Shown piece after piece: positions 17,435-25,541 of a stretch of DNA of 32,000 nt. The notes below the pieces were generated by a model, which was given only the letters and a program-made list of their open reading frames with translations, did no database searches and was not told where the DNA came from. Origin of the DNA: Mycolicibacterium smegmatis (GTDB taxonomy: Bacteria > Actinomycetota > Actinomycetes > Mycobacteriales > Mycobacteriaceae). The stretch's first letter is position 1. The number at the start of each line of letters is the position of its first letter. The position numbers and the translations under genes were made by a program. The stretch lies in NCBI RefSeq assembly GCF_001457595.1, contig NZ_LN831039.1:3810001-3842000 (forward strand), in the 5' to 3' direction.

Positions 17435-19744
17435 ATGGCAACAATCGAAGCCAACGCACACAACCTGTCGTCATCGGCAAAGGACTTCGACAGTGAGGTG
17501 GCTGCCACGCAGGCCTACTTCGACAGTCCACGGTTCGAGGGCATCACCCGGCTGTACTCGGCCCGTCAGGTCGTCGAGCAACGCGGCACGATCGCCACCG
17601 ACCACACCGTGGCCCGTGAGGCCGCGGAGGCGTTCCACCCCTACCTGCGCGAGTTGTTCGCCCAGAAGAAGAGCATCACGACGTTCGGCCCGTACTCCCC
17701 GGGACAGGCCGTGGTGATGAAACGCATGGGTATCGGCGGCATCTACCTCGGTGGGTGGGCGACCTCGGCGAAGGGCTCGATCAGTGAGGATCCGGGTCCG
17801 GACCTCGCGAGCTACCCGCTGAGTCAGGTTCCCGACGAGGCCGCAGGCCTGGTGCGGGCGCTGCTCACCGCCGACCGCAACCAGCACTACCTGCGCCTGC
17901 AGATGACGCCCGAACAGCGCGAGGCCCAGCCGCCCGTCGACTACCGGCCCTTCATCATCGCCGACGCCGACACCGGCCACGGCGGAGATCCGCACGTACG
18001 CAACCTGATCCGTCGCTTCGTTGAATCCGGAGTGCCCGGCTACCACATCGAGGACCAGCGGCCCGGCACCAAGAAGTGCGGCCATCAGGGCGGCAAGGTG
18101 CTCGTGCCGTCGGACGAGCAGATCAAACGGCTCAACACCGCACGCTTCCAGCTCGACATCATGCGGGTGCCGGGAATCATCGTGGCGCGCACCGACGCCG
18201 AGGCCGCGAACCTGATCGACAGCCGCGCCGACGAGCGGGATCAGCCGTTCCTGCTCGGCGTCACCAACCTCAAGATCCCGTCGTACAAGTCGTGTTTCCT
18301 GGCGATGATGCGGCGGTTCTACGACCAGGGCCTGACCGAGATCAACGGTCACCTGCTCTACGACCTGCCCGAAGGCCAGTACGAAGCTGCCGAGGCGTGG
18401 CTGACCGGCGCGGGCATCATGGACGAGATCGCCGCGGCGGTCGAGTCGTGGACGTCCGGCGCCGCATCCTCGGTCGACGCCCTGTACGACGCGGTCGAGT
18501 CGAAGTTCGTCGACGCCTGGCAGGACGACGCGGGCCTCAACACCTACGGCGAGGCGGTCGCCGAGGTCATCGAGTTCCGTGAACGTGAGGGTGAATCCGT
18601 CGCGATGAGCGCCGCCGAGTGGCGCGAGTTCGCCACCAGAGCGCCGTTGTACACGGCCACCAACAAGGCGAGAGAACTCGGCGTCGACGTCGCGTGGGAC
18701 TGCGAACCGGCCAAGACCCCGGAAGGCTACTACCAGGTGCGCGGCGGAATTCCGTACGCCATCGCCAAATCGCTGGCCGCCGCGCCGTTCGCGGACATCC
18801 TGTGGATGGAGACCAAGACCGCCGATCTGGCCGACGCCAAGCAGTTCGCCGACGCGATCCACGCCGTGTACCCCGATCAGATGCTGGCCTACAACCTGTC
18901 GCCGTCGTTCAACTGGGACACCACGGGCATGACCGACGACGAGATGCGGGCGTTCCCCGAGGAACTCGGCAAGATGGGGTTCGTCTTCAACTTCATCACC
19001 TACGGCGGTCACCAGGTGGACGGCGTGGCGTGCGAGGAGTTCGCGACCTCACTGCGCCAGGAGGGCATGCTGGCGCTGGCCCGGCTGCAGCGCAAGATGC
19101 GCCTGGTCGAATCCCCCTATCGCACACCGCAAACGCTCGTCGGCGGGCCACGCAGCGACGCGGCCCTGGCGGCGTCCTCCGGACGGACAGCGACCACCAA
19201 GGCCATGGGCAAGGGCTCCACGCAGCACCAGCACCTGGTGCAAACCGAGGTGCCCAAGAAGCTGCTCGAGGAATGGCTCGCGATGTGGAGCGAGCACTAC
19301 GGGTTGCCCGAAAAACTCCACGTGCAACTGCGCCCGCGGCGCGCGGGTTCCGACGTGCTGGACCTGCAGATCCTGGGCGAGGGCGGCGACGGCACAGACC
19401 CGCTGGCCAACGTGGTCGTCGACCCCATCAAGGATCGCCACGGCCGCAGCATCCTCACGGTGCGTGACCAGAACACGTTCGCTGAGCAGATGCGCAAGAA
19501 ACGCCTGATGGACCTGATCCACCTGTGGCTGATCCACCGTTTCAAGGCCGAGATCGTGTATTACGTGACGCCCACCGAGGACAACATCTACCAGACCGAG
19601 AAGATGAAAGCGCACGGCATCTTCAGCGATGTCTACCAGGAGGTCGGCGAGATCATCGTGGCCGACGTCAACAAGCCCCGTATCGAGGAACTGCTGGCCT
19701 CCGACCGTGAGGCACTGGGTCGGCTGATCCGCAAGGAGGACTGA
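17435..19744 (+). CDS. aceA: Isocitrate lyase, long form (Icl2/AceA2 type, 769 aa)
   Basis: Catalytic [20 protein letters not shown], and a mid-protein insertion plus C-terminal extension beyond the ~430-aa short form. ATG at 17435. Confidence 0.92.
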   Translation: MATIEANAHNLSSSAKDFDSEVAATQAYFDSPRFEGITRLYSARQVVEQRGTIATDHTVAREAAEAFHPYLRELFAQKKSITTFGPYSPGQAVVMKRMGIGGIYLGGWATSAKGSISEDPGPDLASYPLSQVPDEAAGLVRALLTADRNQHYLRLQMTPEQREAQPPVDYRPFIIADADTGHGGDPHVRNLIRRFVESGVPGYHIEDQRPGTKKCGHQGGKVLVPSDEQIKRLNTARFQLDIMRVPGIIVARTDAEAANLIDSRADERDQPFLLGVTNLKIPSYKSCFLAMMRRFYDQGLTEINGHLLYDLPEGQYEAAEAWLTGAGIMDEIAAAVESWTSGAASSVDALYDAVESKFVDAWQDDAGLNTYGEAVAEVIEFREREGESVAMSAAEWREFATRAPLYTATNKARELGVDVAWDCEPAKTPEGYYQVRGGIPYAIAKSLAAAPFADILWMETKTADLADAKQFADAIHAVYPDQMLAYNLSPSFNWDTTGMTDDEMRAFPEELGKMGFVFNFITYGGHQVDGVACEEFATSLRQEGMLALARLQRKMRLVESPYRTPQTLVGGPRSDAALAASSGRTATTKAMGKGSTQHQHLVQTEVPKKLLEEWLAMWSEHYGLPEKLHVQLRPRRAGSDVLDLQILGEGGDGTDPLANVVVDPIKDRHGRSILTVRDQNTFAEQMRKKRLMDLIHLWLIHRFKAEIVYYVTPTEDNIYQTEKMKAHGIFSDVYQEVGEIIVADVNKPRIEELLASDREALGRLIRKED

Positions 19745-19752
19745 AAAGCGGC

Positions 19753-20364
19753 ATGCCGCTGCAGAACCGTGTCGCCCCGACCGGCGCCGTCATCGCCGCG
19801 GCGGGGCGCGGCACCTTCATGGGCAACCGCGGCATCCTGCACGACGACACCGGGCGCATCGTGCGCGCGTCACGAAACCGGGCGTGGCTGATCTGCCGTC
19901 TCGATTTCAAGGGCCGCAGACGTGAGTTGATGCGCCCGGGCACATACACCGAGTTGTTCTTCCTCGACGAAGCGGTGGCACTCGCCGCCGGGCACCGGCC
20001 CTGCGGCGAATGCCGACGCGAGTTCTACCGTGCGTACATCGATGCGGTCAGTGCGCAGAACCCCGAGCCGATCCGGGGCGCACAGGAACTGGACAGGAAA
20101 GTCAACGCATCCCGTCAGCTTCCGCGCACCACATCGCACCTCGACGCACTGCCCGACGGTACGTTTCTCCTCATGGGCGACAACGACTTTCGGCTCCTCT
20201 GGCAGGGCGGGTTGCACCGCTGGTCGCCGCAGGGTTACACCGGCGTGATTCCTGCCGCGTACGGCCCGGAATTCGCAGCGGTGCTCACGCCGGAATTGTC
20301 AATTCACGCGCTGCGCAAGGGATATCCTGTTCAGGTCCACCCCACCGCGCGCCAAAGACCTTGA
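19753..20364 (+). CDS. Hypothetical protein with a CxxC-like RPCGECRR motif
   Basis: 203-aa ORF just downstream of aceA on the same strand. CGEC is a possible metal or redox motif, with further polar and aromatic conserved-looking segments. Confidence 0.7.
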   Translation: MPLQNRVAPTGAVIAAAGRGTFMGNRGILHDDTGRIVRASRNRAWLICRLDFKGRRRELMRPGTYTELFFLDEAVALAAGHRPCGECRREFYRAYIDAVSAQNPEPIRGAQELDRKVNASRQLPRTTSHLDALPDGTFLLMGDNDFRLLWQGGLHRWSPQGYTGVIPAAYGPEFAAVLTPELSIHALRKGYPVQVHPTARQRP

Positions 20365-20424
20365 GCACCCGTCACACTTCGGTAATCACTTTCGGGCAGT
20401 CGTCGGCCGCCGACCTGTGGCTTA

Positions 20425-21513
20425 ATGAATGCCGTGCCCGATAATCCCAAGCCGGTCCTGAACCGGCGCAGAGTCCTGCTGGGAGCGGCGGCGATCGGCG
20501 GCTTCTTGGCCGTGGACCTCGGAGCGTTGCTGTTCGCCACCAACACCCTTGGGACGCAACGACTCACCCCGAGAGCAATTCTCGAGGCGCTCGCCCCACC
20601 CGGCGGCCGACCCCGCGGCTACCGCGCCAACCATGCCAAAGGCGTCGCGGTATCCGGCTATTTCGACAGCAATGGCAACGGCCAGGAGATCTCCCGCGCC
20701 GCCGGGTTGGCGCCCGGGCGAACACCGGTCATCGGCCGGTTCTCGTTCGGTGGCAGCGACCCGCATGTGGCCGACGATCCGTCGCTGGCCCGTGGCCTGG
20801 GCCTGGCGTTCGGCTTTCCCTCCGGTCAGCAGTGGCGGACGGCCATGCTGAGTCTGCCGGTTTTCCCCGACAAGACACCAGAGGGTTTCTACGAACGCAC
20901 ACTGGCCGGAAAACCCTTGCCCTCCACGGGTAAACCGGATCCCGATGCGATGCCGAAGTACCTTGCCGCACATCCGGAGACCAAAGCCGCGTTGGACATC
21001 ATCAAAGCCACGAAACCGAGTCCCGGCTTCGCCGACAGCACCTTCCGCAGCCTGATGGCGTTCTACTTCGTCGACGACAAGGGAGTGCGCACCCCGGTGC
21101 GCTGGTCGTTGGAGCCCATGCAGGCAGCGCTGCCCGCAGGCACCGGGGACGACCGCCTGTTCGACGCACTGGTCCGGCAGATACGCAGCGGTCCCGTGCG
21201 GTGGAGGCTGCTGCTCACCGTCGGTGAGCAGCAGGACCCGGTCACCGACGCCACCGTGCCCTGGCCCGCCGATCGGCGCGTCATCGACGCAGGGACGCTG
21301 ACCCTGGACACTGTCGAGACCGACGGTCCGGGCAACGGACGCGACGTCAACTTCGATCCGCTGGTGCTGCCCGACGGTATCGAGCCGTCCGAGGACCCGA
21401 TGCTCAGTGCGCGGTCGGCGGCCTACGCCGCGTCCTACCGGCTGCGCACGAGTGAGACTCCGTCGATCCCGCCCGAGGTACAGGTCGACAAGGTCGAGGA
21501 GGTGGCGCAGTGA
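20425..21513 (+). CDS. Catalase-family (SrpA-like) heme peroxidase with an N-terminal RR-containing signal or anchor
   Basis: RANHAKGVAVSGYFDSNGNGQEISRAAGL...PVIGRFSFGGSDPHVADDPSLARGLGLAF matches the truncated catalase-like family. N-terminal NRRRVLLGAAAIGGFLAVDLGALLFA. Confidence 0.85.
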   Translation: MNAVPDNPKPVLNRRRVLLGAAAIGGFLAVDLGALLFATNTLGTQRLTPRAILEALAPPGGRPRGYRANHAKGVAVSGYFDSNGNGQEISRAAGLAPGRTPVIGRFSFGGSDPHVADDPSLARGLGLAFGFPSGQQWRTAMLSLPVFPDKTPEGFYERTLAGKPLPSTGKPDPDAMPKYLAAHPETKAALDIIKATKPSPGFADSTFRSLMAFYFVDDKGVRTPVRWSLEPMQAALPAGTGDDRLFDALVRQIRSGPVRWRLLLTVGEQQDPVTDATVPWPADRRVIDAGTLTLDTVETDGPGNGRDVNFDPLVLPDGIEPSEDPMLSARSAAYAASYRLRTSETPSIPPEVQVDKVEEVAQ

Positions 21514-22088
21514 CGGCCACCGGCACCGACGAGACCATCGCACCGACCACCACACAGGCACGGCACGCGGTATCGACCAGGGTGTTCCACTGGCTCACCG
21601 CGATTCTCGTTTTCGCCGCGCTGTTCATCGGCTTCGTGATGGTGAATTCGGTGGCCAGTTATGCCCAGCTGCTGGTCATCCACAAGGCACTGGGTGTCAC
21701 GATCCTGGTGGTCGTGGTGATCCGCATCGGCAACCGGCTCTTTCACCGCGGCCCGCCGCTTCCGTCGACCGTCGGCGCACTCGAGCGCAAAGCCGTTGTG
21801 CTGTCCGAGGTTTCGATGTACGCCCTGCTGGTCGCCCAGCCGCTGATCGGGTGGGCGATGCTGTCGGCCGCGGGAAATCACGTCGCGGTGTTCAACCTCG
21901 TGCGGCTTCCCCGTATCGCACCGTTCAGCGCCGATCTCTACGGCGTGCTGCGCCAGGCGCACACGGTGGCGGCGTTCCTGTTGGTCGCGGCGATCGCAGC
22001 ACACGTCTGCGCGGTGCTGCTGCACAGCGTCACGCTGCGTGACGGGATGCTGCGCCGAATGACCTTCGGGTCATCCACGCGCGGCTGA
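21510..22088 (+). CDS. Cytochrome b561-type membrane protein
   Basis: Four-TM protein with His-containing helices (RVFHWLTAILVFAALFIGF, LLVIHKALGVTILVVVVIRIGNR, QAHTVAAFLLVAAIAAHVCAVLLH). Starts by a 4-nt overlap with the catalase-like gene. Confidence 0.85.
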   Translation: MTATGTDETIAPTTTQARHAVSTRVFHWLTAILVFAALFIGFVMVNSVASYAQLLVIHKALGVTILVVVVIRIGNRLFHRGPPLPSTVGALERKAVVLSEVSMYALLVAQPLIGWAMLSAAGNHVAVFNLVRLPRIAPFSADLYGVLRQAHTVAAFLLVAAIAAHVCAVLLHSVTLRDGMLRRMTFGSSTRG

Positions 22089-23399
22089 GCCGGTCCCGGC
22101 CGGACCTGTCCGGCCCGCGCACAGCCTGGCCGCGGCCGTCGACGCCACGAAACCGGCGAGTGCCGACCATCCCACGACGCCGTCGAGACCGTTCTTGGCC
22201 ATGAGCGTCAGCACCGCGCCGGCCACGCAGATCAGCGCGCCGGCGACGATCGACCGGGCGCCGGTCGCCTGCACCTGGTCATCCCACCAGGGCAGCGGCC
22301 GGTGCTCGATCGGCGACAACAAACGAAACGCGATGGCCATCAGCACGGCGAACACCACGGCGCGCAGGGCCAGTAGCCCCCAGAATTCCGGGGCGTGCGG
22401 GTCGAACGCGTCGAGACCGAGCGCGTGCAGACCCAACGCCGCCGCGGCGATCACGGGGATGTGCCACAGGTACAACGTCATCGCTCCCCCGTTGCCGACG
22501 GCGACCACGTGCCACACGCGGGGCCGGTGCGCCCAGCGGCCGACGGCGCGGGCGCATGCGACGAACAGGCACGACACCCACGTGCAGTGCAGGGCGAGCA
22601 GCATCGTGGGCGGAGACACGTTGGACACGCGCTCGGCGCCGGTCACCACGAGTGACACGTCGTACGGCCCGACCAGCGCGAGCATGATCTGCCCGGCGAG
22701 GGTGCACACCGCGACGGCCAAGGCGATGCGCGGGCGGATGAGCCTGCGCGCGTAGGCCACGCCGATCACCACGGGAATGAGCCACACGACCACCAGGTTG
22801 GCGGTGCCCGCCGCAGGGGTGCCCACGGCGAAGCGCAGGCCGTCGAATACGGCGGCGAGCGCCACAAGAGCGGTCACCAACGCGCCCACCGCACGCCCCG
22901 AGGACATACGGGTGAGTGCCGGCACGAACGCCAACACCACGAGGTACACGCCCAGGAACCACAGCAGCGCCACACACTCGCGTCCCAGCGCCGCGGTCGA
23001 ATCGGCCCCCAGCGTGAGGTGCACGGCGACCAGGGCGACCACCCACGCCGCGAGATAGGCGAACACCGGCCGGCACAGGCGCTGGGCACGGGTGAACAGC
23101 CACGTCCCCCACGGTGTTCCCGCATGCCGGCTGTAGGTCCCTGCCGCTCCGCCCGCGAGGAAGAACAGCGGCATCACCTGCAGGATCCACGTGATGGGCG
23201 CCAGTGCGGGCAGCGCGCCGAGGATGTTGCCGACGCGCACGCCGGTGGAGTCGATCGTCGCGAGCAGCAGGGCACAGTGCCCGAACATCACCGCGACCAG
23301 CGCCGCGAGGCGCGCGACGTCGACCGCACGGTCGCGGTCGGGCCGCGTGGCACGGTCGACGTCTGATGCCCGGGTCGGCACGGCTTCAGGTGTCGGCAT
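22071..23399 (-). CDS. Acyltransferase-3 family integral membrane protein
   Basis: DRAVDVARLAALVAVMFGHCALL, VMPLFFLAGGAAG, LWFLGVYLVVLAFVPAL and MTLYLWHIPVI are typical of this family. ATG at 23399 chosen over 23456. Confidence 0.82.
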   Translation of the reverse strand: MPTPEAVPTRASDVDRATRPDRDRAVDVARLAALVAVMFGHCALLLATIDSTGVRVGNILGALPALAPITWILQVMPLFFLAGGAAGTYSRHAGTPWGTWLFTRAQRLCRPVFAYLAAWVVALVAVHLTLGADSTAALGRECVALLWFLGVYLVVLAFVPALTRMSSGRAVGALVTALVALAAVFDGLRFAVGTPAAGTANLVVVWLIPVVIGVAYARRLIRPRIALAVAVCTLAGQIMLALVGPYDVSLVVTGAERVSNVSPPTMLLALHCTWVSCLFVACARAVGRWAHRPRVWHVVAVGNGGAMTLYLWHIPVIAAAALGLHALGLDAFDPHAPEFWGLLALRAVVFAVLMAIAFRLLSPIEHRPLPWWDDQVQATGARSIVAGALICVAGAVLTLMAKNGLDGVVGWSALAGFVASTAAARLCAGRTGPAGTGSAARG

Positions 23400-23474
23400 G
23401 CGTTTCAGTGTGCCCGCAGCGGGGCCCCGGGATATGCGTAGTACTACTCGATCCAAGCTTCGATTCGGCGGGTC

Positions 23475-23594
23475 TCACACGAACCCGATCTGACACACAT
23501 CGGTGAGCGGGGACGTGACGAGCTCCTCGTCGCTGAGGAACTCGCGCCGCGACAGCGTGTACCCCGTTGGCGCACTTGGTATTACAACGGTCAC
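23475..23594 (-). CDS. Putative 39-aa peptide, possibly a RiPP-like precursor or a regulatory leader; not in the supplied ORF track
   Basis: Hand translation from the GTG at 23594 gives MTVVIPSAPTGYTLSRREFLSDEELVTSPLTDVCQIGFV*. A perfect AGGAGG occupies 23606-23601 with 6-nt spacing. Confidence 0.55.
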   Translation of the reverse strand: MTVVIPSAPTGYTLSRREFLSDEELVTSPLTDVCQIGFV

Positions 23595-23956
23595 CGCGAA
23601 CCTCCTGTGCCGATGATCGAGACTCGTACGTACTCAGCATTCGCACCGGGCGCACCGCAGGTCACGGGTAGCGCACTTCTTCATATCCCGCCTCGCCCGC
23701 TTCTGGTTCACTGTGCGGACTCGAATGCGCTGCACCGCACCGGATTTCGGTGGCATCGACGCGTGAAGCAACAATCACGTCGGCGGTAACAGGCCCGACA
23801 TCCCCCGGCGATCAGGTAGGCTGGACCCATTCCACCGATCCACCACCGGGTCGGTGACACCCTCGGGAATTCCACCGCATCCCTGCTTCCACCGGTTGCC
23901 TGCGCGTTCTCGTCTACCCATGCCGCGTTGCCGGCAGCGTTTGGAGGCGCCACCAC

Positions 23957-24403
23957 ATGCACCATCGTCGATACCGGCCGACGAGCAGGCCCACGCCCCT
24001 GGCGTGGTTCTACCGACTCGACCGTCGGATGCAGGCGGACCTGCTCGCCAATCCGCACGGGTATCTTCCCGATGGCGTGGCGGCCGAGATCGCCTCCCAC
24101 ACGGTGCGTAGCTATCGGGACGAGAAACCGCAGGAGTCTCGTCTGTGGCAGCTGCGCTCGGCGGAAGCCAATCTGCTCGAAGACGAGCGTCTGCGCCTCG
24201 ACAGGTGGTGGCGTGAGCTGCCGGATGAGGCCAGGGCCGCCCTCGTCACCTGCAGGGACGGCTCGGTGCCGCGCGCATGGCGCGCCACCGTGCTCGACCT
24301 GCATCCGGACGGGCTGGGGCCGGGAACAGACCTGGAAGCCGAGTTCAGGATGTCGGGCATCGCGGCCGCCTACATAGAGATGGTCGCGACATGCTGCCTT
24401 TGA
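23957..24403 (+). CDS. Hypothetical protein; start uncertain
   Basis: 148-aa frame with protein-like composition (LAWFYRLDRRMQADLLANPHGYLPDGVAAEIASHTVRSYRDE...). The overlapping antisense frame is Arg/Cys/Gly-rich and looks non-coding. Confidence 0.5.
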   Translation: MHHRRYRPTSRPTPLAWFYRLDRRMQADLLANPHGYLPDGVAAEIASHTVRSYRDEKPQESRLWQLRSAEANLLEDERLRLDRWWRELPDEARAALVTCRDGSVPRAWRATVLDLHPDGLGPGTDLEAEFRMSGIAAAYIEMVATCCL

Positions 24404-24495
24404 GGCAGCCCTGACACGGCCTGGAGACAACCCTGCGAAGTTCGCCATGGCGAACACGCGCGAAGAGCACCCTCTCGAAGTTCCGCCGCAGTAGA

Positions 24496-25155
24496 TTGCT
24501 GGCCGTGGGTGGTATCCGGTTGGCAAATGGTCGTGGACGATGGCTGGCGTTCGGCGTTTCGATCAGCGTCGCCGCCGCGATGTTCTATGCGCAGGGCACC
24601 GATACGTCGTGCTGCGGGCCGACGGCGGCGGCCTCCCAACCGGATCAACCGGCGGCGGCGTCCGCGCCTGCGCCCGCCCACGCCGAGTTGCTGGCTGCCG
24701 CCGCACCCGCGGCCGCTCGCGATTTCCAGTTCGCGCTGCCGCCGGGCGCCGCACCCGAGTCCGGTCTGCAGGTCAACACGATCTGGACGGCACGGGCCAT
24801 CAGCGTGATGTTCCCCGAGATCAAGACCATCGGCGGATACCGTCAGGATCCGCTGAAGTGGCATCCCAACGGTTTGGCGATCGATGTGATGATCCCGGAT
24901 CACCAGTCCGAGAAGGGCATCGAGTTGGGCAACCAGATCGCCGGTTTCGCGTTGGCCAACGCGAAACGCTGGGGCGTGCTGCACGTGATCTGGCGGCAGG
25001 GTCTCTATCCGGGCATCGGCGCGCCGAGCTGGACGGCCGATTACGGCAACGAGACCGCCAATCATTTCGATCACGTCCACATCGCCACAAATGGCGGCGG
25101 TTACCCTACCGGCAAAGAAATGTATTTTCTGAATTCAAAGACTTTGGCGAACTGA
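24496..25155 (+). CDS. Secreted or membrane-anchored LAS/M15-like (peptidoglycan peptidase-like) protein
   Basis: N-terminal hydrophobic segment GRWLAFGVSISVAAAMFYAQG, an Ala/Pro-rich linker, then a domain with WHPNGLAIDVMIPD and HFDHVHIATNGGG (HxxGxAxD...HxH metal-binding pattern). Start is TTG 24496 or GTG 24505. Confidence 0.7.
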   Translation: MLAVGGIRLANGRGRWLAFGVSISVAAAMFYAQGTDTSCCGPTAAASQPDQPAAASAPAPAHAELLAAAAPAAARDFQFALPPGAAPESGLQVNTIWTARAISVMFPEIKTIGGYRQDPLKWHPNGLAIDVMIPDHQSEKGIELGNQIAGFALANAKRWGVLHVIWRQGLYPGIGAPSWTADYGNETANHFDHVHIATNGGGYPTGKEMYFLNSKTLAN

Positions 25156-25440
25156 TCGCACCGTTTTCGATTCGTCGCGACCATCAAGATCTCTTGGAGT
25201 CAATCCAGACTGGACAATTCATGCGCTTTTCAAGATCGGACAGACGGCGCATCCAATCCGTCTCACCAGTTGGTTCACGGTTCGACAACCAGTATCACCT
25301 GCGCTGGACCGCACCCGGAAAGCGACAACAGGCAGACAAAGGTTCGTGACATTTCAATGAGCGCATGAACTCGAACTTCACGGATCTCCGATGAGCGTGA
25401 AGTTTGCCCGCTACTCTGAATTCCATTGAGTCTCGCCGAT

Positions 25441-25466
25441 GAAATAGCCAGCGGCGACTCTATTTC
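25441..25466. promoter_or_regulatory. Inverted repeat GAAATAG-N12-CTATTTC upstream of the NRPS
   Basis: Perfect 7-bp arms about 75 nt upstream of ATG 25542 in locally AT-richer DNA. Confidence 0.45.
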
Positions 25467-25541
25467 GGTGCGTCCAAGGGGGGACGGCTGATCGGAGGTT
25501 CGAGGTACCGGACGCGATGACCACAATCCTGGGGTGAGTTC

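Noticed and set aside
17471-19012. 513-aa minus-strand ORF antisense to aceA
   Set aside because: It sits opposite an unambiguous isocitrate lyase and has low-plausibility composition; a high-GC antisense artefact.
23708-24526. 272-aa minus-strand ORF
   Set aside because: Cys/Arg/Gly-rich without recognisable patterning, and it overlaps the more protein-like plus-strand frame 23957-24403.
24370-25349. Minus ORF 24370..25080 and plus ORF 24540..25349
   Set aside because: Both conflict with the plus-strand frame 24496..25155, which has a signal/anchor segment and LAS-like metal-binding motifs.
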